A DNA stretch of 64,000 nt from Ascidiella aspersa (taxonomy: Eukaryota). Below, piece after piece: positions 1 to 10,369 of the stretch. A model generated the notes under the pieces. That model was not told the DNA's origin. It made no database searches and saw only the letters and a program-made list of their open reading frames with translations. A program made the translations under genes and the position numbers. Location of the stretch: positions 15,996,001 to 16,060,000 of the forward strand of contig OZ004608.1 of assembly GCA_963924565.1 (NCBI GenBank), written 5' to 3'. Positions within the stretch are counted from its first letter, which is position 1, and every line of letters starts with the position of its first letter.

Positions 1-445
1 GTTTGGGCTAAACAAGTTTCTACTTAAGTTGACAAAACGTAACAATAGCTTGAAAAAAATACATAAAACATAAAAAAACATAGTTTTGGGATTCTATATC
101 CTCATATCTATATGGTAATTCAGGCAAGTTTAAACACTTTTCCTAAAATATGACTCTGCTACAGAAATTATTTTGTATATTTTTTTTTAACTCGGTCGAA
201 TTGCTTGCCGTTGTGATGCCTTATGAGAAATCCAGGGCGTTTTGAAACGCTGTGCACACCAATGTTCGGCGCAAAATACTAGTCATTTCTAGCCTAACCT
301 TGTTTACATTTATACATGTAATTTTGCATTTCCATTATAGTTTAGAAAGCATGCAAAAATTACACAGAAGATTTAATGCACACAATGGTGCTACTTTCAC
401 TTTTCTCATCATGAAAAACAAAAAAAATAACAACCAACATTTCAC

Positions 446-2003
446 CTTCTCAAATCAGCAATAAGCTTGACATCGGCAATGACAAGTTTGTGCTCGACGA
501 TCAGATGACACAAGTACTCATCATGATTGGTTTTTACCTCAACATCAACTACAATATAGTTACACAGCATGCATGGTGTCTCATTATCGGAAAACTTTGT
601 TCCAGTCGCGTTCACTGAAAGTGGAAGTTTTGAAATGTATATTTTTCTTTTTACTTCTAAAGTAACATGTTGTTGTTATTGTCTTTAAACTAAAAAATGA
701 TGGAGTATTCTAGACACTTTAAAATGTTACTCAGAAAGTTGATTCTTGAGGATGCTATAATTTTATATTCTATTTTATTATTTTAGGTTGTGGTATTTGA
801 AAAATAAAGAAGCATAACCTTTTAACTCCAACAGGCATTTTACTGAATGTATGACAATTTTTTTTTAATAACTTTAGAGAAATACAAGTTTTTATAGATT
901 TCAACACCTATACATACCCTTAAGTGAAACATTATTGTTCTGTAGCATCAGCGGCTCCAGTATCAAACCTTGATGATTTTGCTCTTGTTCTTTTAGTTTT
1001 TCATCATACACATACTGAAAATAAAATATATACAACGCTGTATGCTCAATATCTTTAATGAAAAAATAAATGAAAAAAAAAGTTCAAAAGTACTGTAAAA
1101 GTAAACTGTCAAAAATCAATTTATTTTGCCATTTGCTATGCATATAAATACTAAATACAACTACTCACAGATTCACTTTGTAAGCATTCAGTTGGAATTG
1201 ACTGTTCTTTGACCTTTGGAAAAGTATAGATTTAGGACTACAGCCCAATTTCCATTAGCTAAATATATTTTATTAAGATCCCACACAAAAGCATAAGAAG
1301 ATTTAAACTAACAATATTACATACTAAAGCTAACTAAACTTACATGACTTTCCAGAGCAGAAAAGTTGGACATTCCTGTAAAATTTGCATTTTCATCAGG
1401 TAAGGCTTTTACAAGAGTATCTGAAGAGGAGTCATTGTCATTTTTAGGTTCATCCTTTTCTTTAGTATCATTCCTATTTGAACTTTTTTCAACAAGAATT
1501 GATTCTGTTGTACTTGAATCAGAAACAAATGTTGAGCTACTACCATTACCACCAGCAAGTGAAGAATGGTCCATCTCTTTTGAACCTATAAAATTTTCAA
1601 TCACATCTGTTTCTACTGAAGTTGATTCCAATTTGTAATTTGTTTCATCTTCTCCTTCTTTATCAGTATCAGTATTTTTTTCACAAGCAATAACTGAATC
1701 CCCAATTGATTTGTTGTCTTTAGATTCTTCTGTTTTAGAACAACTGTCCTTATTTTCAAGAGTGCCTTTTTGTGTGCTCATTACTACAGACTCATTTTTC
1801 TCGTTTAAATTTGGAGTTTGATTGACATGAATTGAACCAGAAATGGACTCAATCTTATTGGAGGCAATAATATTTTCCTCATTTGCAATGTCAGCTTCTA
1901 TGTTAGGAAAATTTGCTTCTGTCTGAACTTCTGATGTTGCTTCGTCTAAACTTGTCACTTTTTTAGACTTCACAGCCAAGTTAGGATCATCAACTGACTC
2001 CAT
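446..2003 (-). CDS. ZNF277: Zinc finger protein 277 homolog, 5' part. Exons 2003-1344, 1213-1169, 1014-918, 614-446; the gene probably continues beyond the left edge.
   Basis: Manual splicing with GT-AG sites and consistent phases (0,0,1,2) gives ...GLILEPLMLQ...TPCMLC...YLCHLIVEHKLVIADVKLIADLR. This matches the ZNF277 motifs ILEPLSL / PCIFC / HMIIEHKIVIADVKLVADF as I recall them. An acceptor (ttttacag) lies just upstream of the ATG at about 2028. Confidence 0.88.
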
Positions 2004-4180
2004 CACAATATTTATATATTAAACTAGCCTGTAAAATAGAGAAGGTTATATTAGGTCATATCTTATTTAATAAGCTATTCTTTTTAATAGGGTATTTTTT
2101 CATATGTCATATTTTTGACAAACTGGTCATATCATTTTTTAATGTTAGGTCACAAAATTGTAGGTGGTTTATTTTATGTTTTTAATTGACAAATTATTTT
2201 TTGGTTTGTAAAAAGGTTATTGGTCAAGAGATATGCTTGGGAAAGCGTTCAAGATACTTTGTTGATGTTGATATAAAAATTATTTTAGTTAAACTACATT
2301 ATTTTTTAGCAACATGGGTAAAATTTTCAGCAAAAAATGGAAAACAAAAGGTCAAGGAGAAAAACAAAGTTTGGTCAGTGAATATCCCCCAAAATTCAAT
2401 CAATCCTCGAAACCGACTCGTCTACATTATGTGGGAGATGCATTGAACACCAACTTTTTGTCAAAGCAATTTTTGTGCACACTTTATAGTAAATTGCACA
2501 GCAAAAATTCTGTTCTAATGAAAACACCATGCTTCAGAATAAAACACTTCAGGTGTGCTTTGCATAAAACCTCAATTGTACTGCTGCACACATGGGATCT
2601 TGATAAAATTTAAATTGGAAAAAAACACCTAACATTTCTTCTAAGAAATGTTCATATTAATATAATTGACCACAAATGTTTATTCGTGTGAATATATATT
2701 TAAAATGAGTTGGTAGAGTCCTAATTAAATTGGATCTTATAAAAACTATTAAAATTGTTGTACAATTTTAACAAATTATAAAAAAAATACACTTAATTTG
2801 CATCGTTTTTCTTGCATAAGAAACAGATTTTATGTGCAGGCTGTGATTTTTTATATCTGGCTGTTCAGTGTGCATTTTGTGAAAAAACCGTGTAACATTT
2901 GTTCAGACATACAAACTTGTCAAGTAAACTTGTATAATTTAATCTGCACTGACAGTTTTTGTAGTAAAACTAGTAATTATTTACAGAGGTGCAAATTTTA
3001 AGAAGAATTTTTTGGCGGATGCGCACTTTGAAGGGAAGACTGTTAAAATAAGGGTTGCCAAATAATTAGCTTTATACTAGGACATTATTAATATAAAATT
3101 CAAACATTTTAGACCAAAGAATATTTTGCATGCATAAAGAAAACAATGGACAACCGCTTTTGATGAACAGCCAAAGTCGCTTCAAAATTTACAAAATGTA
3201 AGTCGTTACAGTACTGCACTGGATATGTAAATGCAATTTGATTTAGCTGAACCCTGTAATACACCAAAATTTTATTACAGTTGTGTAAATGTTTTGGAAA
3301 ATGCAATGTAAAAAGGTATGACACCGCTAAAATATAGAAATACGGTGCCAGTAGGCTATTGAAACTTACATCAAATTTTATTATAAATTGGCGTAAATCC
3401 CATTTGGAGCTAGATGACCATACAGCACGCCTGTGTGCTAAACAGAATACTACCAATTTGTATGCTAAACAGAATACCACATTTTTGTGGTAAAAGAATA
3501 CCACCAAAAAATCACGTTAAATTTGTGCAAAGTGCATATAATTTTTGCATTTATTTGTTAAAGTTGGTAAAAACAAAGTTTGGAGGCCTCGTGGGCCAAT
3601 GGCTTACTTCACCCAATGTTTTAAACATATTCAGTCAAATAAGGACAAAAGGCTTACTGTCCTGATGATTTACAAACTGTCATACATGGCAGGTAACGTT
3701 AGGACAGTTTATCGCTTTTTGTCCTAGTTTTAGGCCGTCTGAAACCCTGCTGATAAACACCATAGTATTGCGACAACAGGCCATGGACAACAAAAACGCA
3801 AAAGATTGCACATTTATAAGATAACTTGACTTATATTTTATAAATGTTATACCAATAAAACACACATTTTGAAGAAAGAAACTTTTGACTTGTAGTTTAA
3901 ATGATCAATATTTAAATATTAAAACAAATAAACAAATTTAAACTCAATCATAACATACAAGTAAAGCATGTGGCAAGTAATCCAAGAACTTTAAATAAAC
4001 AGGAACTGAAAAGCTGATATTGAAACAAAATCTTAGTTGTACTTTTCAAAAGTACAACTGTGGAAAAGCGGGCAACTGTGGAAAGTATGGCAAGTGCACC
4101 CGCAAATGTTTAGATCTGCACCCCTAGAAAATCAATATGCACTGGGTTTTCCCATACGTTATTAAAGCAGGAAGCACTTT

Positions 4181-4371
4181 GGCGCTGGTCTAGAATCCTA
4201 CCACATTTATTTTAACAGTAACGAAACGAGTTGTTAAAGTCGAAATTGCAAGGAAAGGCATAAATATGTTAGAATTAATATAATAATGATACTTGACCCA
4301 CACTAACTCAAATATTGTTAGGAACATAAACTCCCAGACGTAAATGTGGTAGGATTCTATAACCCAGCGTC
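4181..4371. mobile_element. MITE, same family as the element at 4981-5710
   Basis: Terminal inverted repeats GCGCTGGTCTAGAATCCTACCACATTTA / TAAATGTGGTAGGATTCTATAACCCAGCGTC. Internal sequence is similar to 4981-5080. Confidence 0.7.
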
Positions 4372-4559
4372 AACGACTGATATGTTCTGTTTTAATTTCG
4401 GTAATGTAAAATTACATTAAACCACATATAAAACATGCTAATTTAGCGTTCTGCAAAAAATTTATCATTATTTTATGGTGCCGTAAGTGAAATAAAGAGG
4501 AGTGCCAGTGCCAGTGCCACTAATATAAAAACAGTACAGGAAAACCAAATGCTTTTGAG

Positions 4560-4771
4560 AAAAACAAACCTTGAATCAAATAACATGTCTTTACACGTGA
4601 TTTGTTACGCACCACCAAGCTTAATAGAAACAAAATTTGTTTCGCTTAAGGGAAATTTCAAAACTGGTTGTTGTGACATCACATTGTTCATGACTTTACG
4701 AATTTGGAACGCAAATTAATTAAAATTAAACGACCCTAAAAAGCGTTTCCATTTAATTGGTTAACCAAAAC
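4560..4771. promoter_or_regulatory. Probable bidirectional promoter between ZNF277 (-) and BORCS6 (+)
   Basis: Locally CpG-retaining segment inside an otherwise CpG-poor domain, directly upstream of the BORCS6 ATG (4772). A possible minus-strand 5'UTR donor (AAG|GTTTGT) lies near 4570. Confidence 0.45.
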
Positions 4772-7146
4772 ATGCAAAGCTTGGAGAAATTCTTTCCAGG
4801 CGGTACATTGGAGGTTGAAGGAGAACATATGTCTTACGTAGCAGATGATTTTGTATCCAAAATTCAGGCAGGCATGTAAATACGAATTTTTAGGCGTTGT
4901 AAGTTGTAGTAACCCCTGCCCTCTTTAGGGATGAGTATTTGTATAACGCTTTGATGAAAACACTTTTTGCCGGAATTTTTCACTGGTTTAGAATCCTAAC
5001 ACTTTGTACAGTAACAGAACAAGTTGTCTAAAATGAAATTTCAAGGCAAAAAGAAATGTTAGAGAATCACTATAATAGTAATACGGCGCTCTATTGATTT
5101 GGTACGTAGAAAGTAACTATAAACACTACATACCACAACGCACATTATTTGGGTTAGCGTTAGGGTGGATCAAGCATTAATAATAAATATAATAATACTT
5201 GACCCACCCACGCTCAAACACTAACCAACACCCTAACCCAAATAATGTGCGCTGCGGTTTTGGAGATTGTTTTTTGCGTTACTTTTTATGTACCAAATAA
5301 AAAGAGTCCCAATAATACCCACCTGAGCCCAAACGCTAATTCGCACCCTAAAGGCCCGTTTACACTACAGCTGCACTGAGTTGAGCAAAGCGTAATTTGC
5401 ATTTAAATTCTATTGTGGTGAGCGTTTCACGCTTTGCTAAACTCAAGCCCCGTGCAGCAGCTGCAGCTAGCTTAAAAATACGCTTTGGAGCGATTTTCAC
5501 GCTTTGCTAAACTCAAGCCCAGTGCAGCTATAGAAACACATTACGTTTGGAGCGATTTTTGACGCCCAGCGCAGCTCACTGCAGCTGAAGTGAAAACAAT
5601 TTCACGCCCAGTGCAGCTCAGTGCAGCTCAGTGCAGCTGTAGTGTAAACGGGCCTTAAGGCAAATATTTTAGAAATATAACCCCCTGGAGTAGGATTTTA
5701 AGCCAGCGCCCAGAATTTTTTTCCATTTCTAATATAACATGATAATGATAAGAATTTGATTCCATTTTTCTTGATAGATACTCAGAACAATTCATCACCC
5801 CAAAAGAAAATCCCAACCATACCAGTTGTAGATGGTAACGTGTTGATTGATCTAGAGAAAAATGCCATACAACTTTCAAAAAGTGTAGATGTTGTGTTTC
5901 AAGAACTTTCAAAAAGACTAAACCAGGTTTGGCACATATAGTAGCCTAGCCTATGTGACACAGTTTTGTTTTGGTATATTATTTAACACTCTTAGCCACA
6001 AATCAAAGTTGCATATATTATTATGCTTCCTCAAAATATATTTCTAGGGATGTTCAAACTAAAATACTGAGGTATTTTGGTATGGTGAAATAATGAATCA
6101 GAATATGAAATAGTACATTTTAATTAATTACCCCCGTTGGTGGAAGGGGAGGGGTAATTATGATATAGGCAACTTAACAGCAATTTATCATTAAATAAAT
6201 TTATTAACATATGGATACTGTACACTGGATGCTATGTGGCAAGCCATGCTTTCTTTATTGTTTGGCTGCTCTATATATTTTTCTCCTTGTTTGCAAGTTT
6301 ATTGCCCTGATGAAGATTTCCTACATTTGTCATCAAAACGTCTATACACTCATTAATTAAAAATATTTGGAAAAGAACAATTTTATAATTGGTACAACAC
6401 CTGGAAGCAACAGTATATACTGAATAAAAATGACAAAAATCTAATAAAAATAATAACAAATTGACAAAAAAAATATATTTTCACCTAGTTAATAATTCCA
6501 TGCAGTGCAAAAAACTGTAATTTCCCAGAATGTGTTGAATGATTTCTAACACATTGTGTTTGGTTGTGCTTGTTTAAAGTATGATCTAACAGAGCAGTCA
6601 TATAGTTAATTGCCCCCACCTTTGTATTAAAATCATGCATTTAAAGTTATTTTTACAGTTTTAATTACATTATATTAACAGGATTTTTTTGTACAAAATT
6701 GGATTGAAATCCTAAAACTATTATTCTAAAAATGTATTTCAAAGGTCGCATTGTAAAGCATTATTTTTAATTTTTAAGATGTCAGCCATTTCAGTGGCAA
6801 ATGTTCAAACTTGTTCAAATGGTGTCCTAGAGATGGGCAGTAAGGTTGAGGAGGCAGTGCATTCAATGTATGCACTACTTGCACATTGCGAGGAACTTGA
6901 TAAGTCAATGAAACCAGTTGCTGAAATAGCAGAGAAAATGTATGATGCAAAGTTTGGTAGCCAGCTCTCACCAATAAGTATTTCTTTTTTTAATTAATTA
7001 TATATAGTTGAAATGGTTTATTTATAAATGTTCGAGATACATAATTTTTGGAAATACTAACATGTTGCTGAATTGTATATTTTATGTTTTACAACAGTGA
7101 GCACATCAAAGAAGTCTTGTCAGCTTTGGAAGCCCATATTGACTGA
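4772..7146 (+). CDS. BORCS6: BLOC-1-related complex subunit 6 (lyspersin). Exons 4772-4871, 5778-5926, 6779-6939, 7098-7146; about 152 aa.
   Basis: Spliced product MQSLEKFFPGGTLEVEGEHMSYVADDFVSKIQ...IPVVDGNVLIDLEK...MSAISVANVQT...SMYALLAHCEELDKSMKPV...IEHIKEVLSALEAHID*. It carries the BORCS6 GD-x-x-FVA motif and the C-terminal MYxLLAxCEEL coiled-coil. Exon phases are consistent if intron 1 is GC-AG. Confidence 0.85.
4981..5710. mobile_element. MITE in BORCS6 intron 1 hosting two further inserted elements
   Basis: Ends CACTGGTTTAGAATCCTA ... TAGGATTTTAAGCCAGCGCC, homologous to 4181-4371. An inner element at 5085-5310 has imperfect TIRs (..ATTTGGTACGTAGAAAGTAAC / GTTACTTTTTATGTACCAAAT..). Confidence 0.6.
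5352..5655. mobile_element. PIF/Harbinger-type MITE
   Basis: Perfect TIR AGGCCCGTTTACACTACAGCTGCACTGAG / CTCAGTGCAGCTGTAGTGTAAACGGGCCT, flanked by a TAA duplication (5349-5351, 5656-5658). Internal TTTCACGCTTTGCTAAACTCAAGCCC and CAGTGCAGCT repeats. Confidence 0.85.
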
Positions 7147-7744
7147 CAAAAAGGATCCTTAAAACTGCATTTTTCTAAATTGTTGAAAATGTATTGGTTG
7201 AAAGCTTCATGTTTCAATTTTTCATACAACATCATTTAAATATTTATGCTTGAACGGCCAGTGCAAATATCTCCACACAGTACTTCAACATACTATTCAA
7301 CAGTTCACAATGAATTGATTTATTCTTGATTTAATAACATGCTTGTGATTCTATCCACTATAATTAAACATAACAGAAGATAATTTAAATAATCAGAAAA
7401 TTAAATTATTGACAAACTTTGGAATATGTGTTCTGCAATTATGTCATGAATAATATTTATGTATTTTTCATGTAATATTTGTTATTACCACTGTGGTTTT
7501 CTAGGCTGCTTTCATGTGTTTTATTCTGTTAAGATATCTATAAACAACTTTTGTGTAAATTTAAACACGTTTTTAATTGGGGTGAACAGACTTGTTTTAT
7601 AAGCGTTGCAATATACTAACTGTCCCTAATCACTAATATAATTTGTTTTTAAGGATGTAAATTGTTTTAAAACTGATAATGAGGTTTAAATAAATATATC
7701 TGTTAAAAAAGGTAAAAAGGCAGTCCAAATTTCATTTTTCTACA

Positions 7745-8608
7745 ATGGAGGGACGCAACTTCCGGACCCAGTACTATGACAAAGTTGCTAGCAGGGAGCT
7801 GATAAGCGAAAAGGCTCTCATTAACATTTTAAAAGATGATGTCATTGATCGTAAAAACCTAGAAAACTTTTGTGTTCGTTTTTCTGTCCCATCAAGCTTC
7901 CGACTTCTAATCTGGAACATTCTCCTGGATGTGCTGCCAATACATCAGCAGTCACATAAGTTTGTAATGCAGCAGCGAACAGAACAGTTTAATGACCTCA
8001 ACCATGCCTTGTTTGTAATAAAAAGTGCAAATGAAGAAACCCCAGTGTCAGAAGTTTTTTTGAAGATGTATCTTCTGGAGACTGGGGAATTGGGCTTGCA
8101 ATTTCAACCAGACCCTTGGCATCAATTTTTCTTCACCGTGTCCATAGTTATTTGTGAAATAGTAGACTCACAAGTGTCTGCTTATTGGATATCCAAAAAC
8201 ATGTATCAGTTTTTTAACAGCAAAAACTATCTCCGATTTAACCCTGAGTTTACAAGCATTCTGGTGACTACATTAAAAAAGGAAAACCTCTCATTGTTTC
8301 ACCACATAAACACTTTACACCTAATTGACAATTTGCCAATTGCAGCTTGGTACAAGTATACTTTTTCTGGTGTTTTAAGCTCAGACTGTTTATGTCGGGT
8401 TTGGGACATTTTGCTTGGACAAGCCTATAGAATATTGCCATATATTGCTGTTCAGATTTTACTGACACATGAAAAGCATTTGTTTAAGTTAAATTCTGTT
8501 TCAAAATGCCTATCTCTTTTGAACACTGTTCCATATTCAATTGAAAAAAGTGGTGTAATTGTTGGTAATGGCATTGACATGTGGGTTAAGCATGAAAAAA
8601 TTAGATAG
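7745..8608 (+). CDS. TBC1D7: TBC1 domain family member 7 (TSC complex subunit), single coding exon, 287 aa
   Basis: ORF begins RNFRTQYYDKV (TBC1D7 RNFRSxYYEKV motif). It contains RLLIWNILLDVLP, VFLKMYLLETGEL and CRVWD, and the length is typical. Confidence 0.93.
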   Translation: MEGRNFRTQYYDKVASRELISEKALINILKDDVIDRKNLENFCVRFSVPSSFRLLIWNILLDVLPIHQQSHKFVMQQRTEQFNDLNHALFVIKSANEETPVSEVFLKMYLLETGELGLQFQPDPWHQFFFTVSIVICEIVDSQVSAYWISKNMYQFFNSKNYLRFNPEFTSILVTTLKKENLSLFHHINTLHLIDNLPIAAWYKYTFSGVLSSDCLCRVWDILLGQAYRILPYIAVQILLTHEKHLFKLNSVSKCLSLLNTVPYSIEKSGVIVGNGIDMWVKHEKIR

Positions 8609-8814
8609 TTAGGTTTTTACAACTTGTTTTGTTTTAATTGCTTAATAATCAAATGAATTATATTATTTTATGTTATCATGTTAATATCTTTAATAACACA
8701 AATTTATTTTGTTGGCTTACCATGTAGGTTACCAAGGATATATTACCAATTAAAGAGTTTAGTATTAGGAAGTTCAAACCTTTACATTTTAAGTCCATAA
8801 ATACTGGGAACAAA

Positions 8815-9963
8815 ATGGCAAATTCATCAACACCCTCAAATGAAAACATTCAATGGATGTACGAGGGACCAAACTCAAAAATTGACAGAGAAGCTTATTT
8901 GCTTGGCAAAAGAATTACAAAAGCACCAGAAGACAAGGGCGACTTTATTGTTGAAGAAAAGGTCAACGAAAATCTAAGCATCACTGTATTAGAAAAACTG
9001 GACTATGAAAGCAAGCTAAGAGAAGATCCACTTATTTCAATACGACAGAAAGAGCAAGCAAAGCGCAAAGAGCTACTGAGCAATCCTGTTAAAAGAAAGC
9101 ACCTGCAAAATATGTTGAAAGACGCCCTTGAAAAAGATCTTAAAAGGTCATCTAAGCACAAGAAAAAGAAGCATAATAAAAAAGATTCAGACCGGCATAA
9201 GAGCAGAAAAAGAAGACAATCTTCATCTTCCGAGGTGTCCAGTGATGAAGGACATATAAAAAAGTCAAGCAGCTCCAGGAAAATTCTTGAAAATGCTAAA
9301 AGCAACAAGAACCTACAACAAGCTCTTAAAGATGCACTCATAAAAGATCTTGGGGACAGCACATCATCTGAAAATGACTCTGTTGAAAACCATAGAAAGT
9401 CCAAGCACAAACACAAAAGCAAGGACAAAAAGAAAGCACATGACAAGAAATCTTTTTACCGCTCACCTACCCCAGAAAAGCGAAGACATGAAAAAATTGA
9501 AAAGAAAGCACTTTCACACTCCGGGTCTAGCGATTGTGAGAGTCCCAAACCAAAAAGGTATGGGCTGATAGTTGTGAAAGAAAAAGAAAGCATTACTGGC
9601 CCACAAAAATATAGACCACCTTCGCCAGAAAAACCAAAACTGAAATATCAGCGTAAAGAGCGACCAGGATTTACGAAAAAATTAACAAAAGAGGAGCTGG
9701 AACAGAAGAGAAGGGAGATGATGGACAATGCTGGTTGGAGAGATGATCAGCGCAAAAAAAACATCAAAGAGTATTCAGCCAAAGAAAAGTCTGAAATGGA
9801 GCAAGAGGCAAAAGTACAAAAACTTCATGACATGCAGCAGAAGCGAGATGGAAAAGCAAAGACCTTTTTGCACGACGTTAAGTTAAAAACTGCCAATGTG
9901 GGCTCTTTAGAAGACACTGTTCGCAGAAAACGACATACTCTAAATAAGCAAATGAGAGATTAG
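8815..9963 (+). CDS. CWC25: Pre-mRNA splicing factor CWC25 homolog, single exon, lacking the N-terminal CIR_N segment
   Basis: IQWMYEGP...REAYLLGK, KLREDPLISIR, LLSNPVK, a K/S/H-rich middle, KRYGL, EELEQKRREMMDNAGWRDDQR and a C-terminal SLEDTVRRKRH are all CWC25 motifs. Confidence 0.88.
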   Translation: MANSSTPSNENIQWMYEGPNSKIDREAYLLGKRITKAPEDKGDFIVEEKVNENLSITVLEKLDYESKLREDPLISIRQKEQAKRKELLSNPVKRKHLQNMLKDALEKDLKRSSKHKKKKHNKKDSDRHKSRKRRQSSSSEVSSDEGHIKKSSSSRKILENAKSNKNLQQALKDALIKDLGDSTSSENDSVENHRKSKHKHKSKDKKKAHDKKSFYRSPTPEKRRHEKIEKKALSHSGSSDCESPKPKRYGLIVVKEKESITGPQKYRPPSPEKPKLKYQRKERPGFTKKLTKEELEQKRREMMDNAGWRDDQRKKNIKEYSAKEKSEMEQEAKVQKLHDMQQKRDGKAKTFLHDVKLKTANVGSLEDTVRRKRHTLNKQMRD

Positions 9964-10369
9964 TATTATCAAAAAAATAAATATGATGACTTGCATAGAG
10001 ATGGTTTTCCCATGTGTACCAATTACCCCAAAATCATTTTATTGGTTTTTACTTTAAATATATTTGTATTTTTATTCCAACCTTGAATAACACCATTCAA
10101 CTAGTCCTCACAACCTATTTATGATTTAAAGTCAAGATATTCTTTGTTGTTGCCCTAGGCAAGTTTTTTATGATAATTGTAACACTTAAGTTGAACATCT
10201 AACTGTTGCTAAACTTAAACGCATTTTTTAAAGATGTTTTCCTTGATTAAATTAAAGTATTGGCAGAACATTCTGAAGTGAATAACATTGCTTAGGTGTT
10301 TTTGCATTTGATTTTAACTCTTTTGATACAAGTTTTTAGAATGTAGATACAAAGCTTTGGTATGCCAAA

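Noticed and set aside
3655-3708. Hairpin CTGTCCTGATGA...TTAGGACAG as a hammerhead or SECIS
   Set aside because: No GAAA core, SECIS spacing is wrong, and it is not in a 3'UTR.
3109-3865. ORFs upstream of the ZNF277 coding exon
   Set aside because: AT-rich, low-information translations overlapping short tandem repeats (TGCTAAACAGAATAC); probably intron or repeat sequence.
9003-9446. 147-aa minus-strand ORF and other antisense ORFs over exons (e.g. 23301-23513, 41114-41383)
   Set aside because: Shadow ORFs caused by codon bias of the real sense-strand exons; no recognisable motifs.
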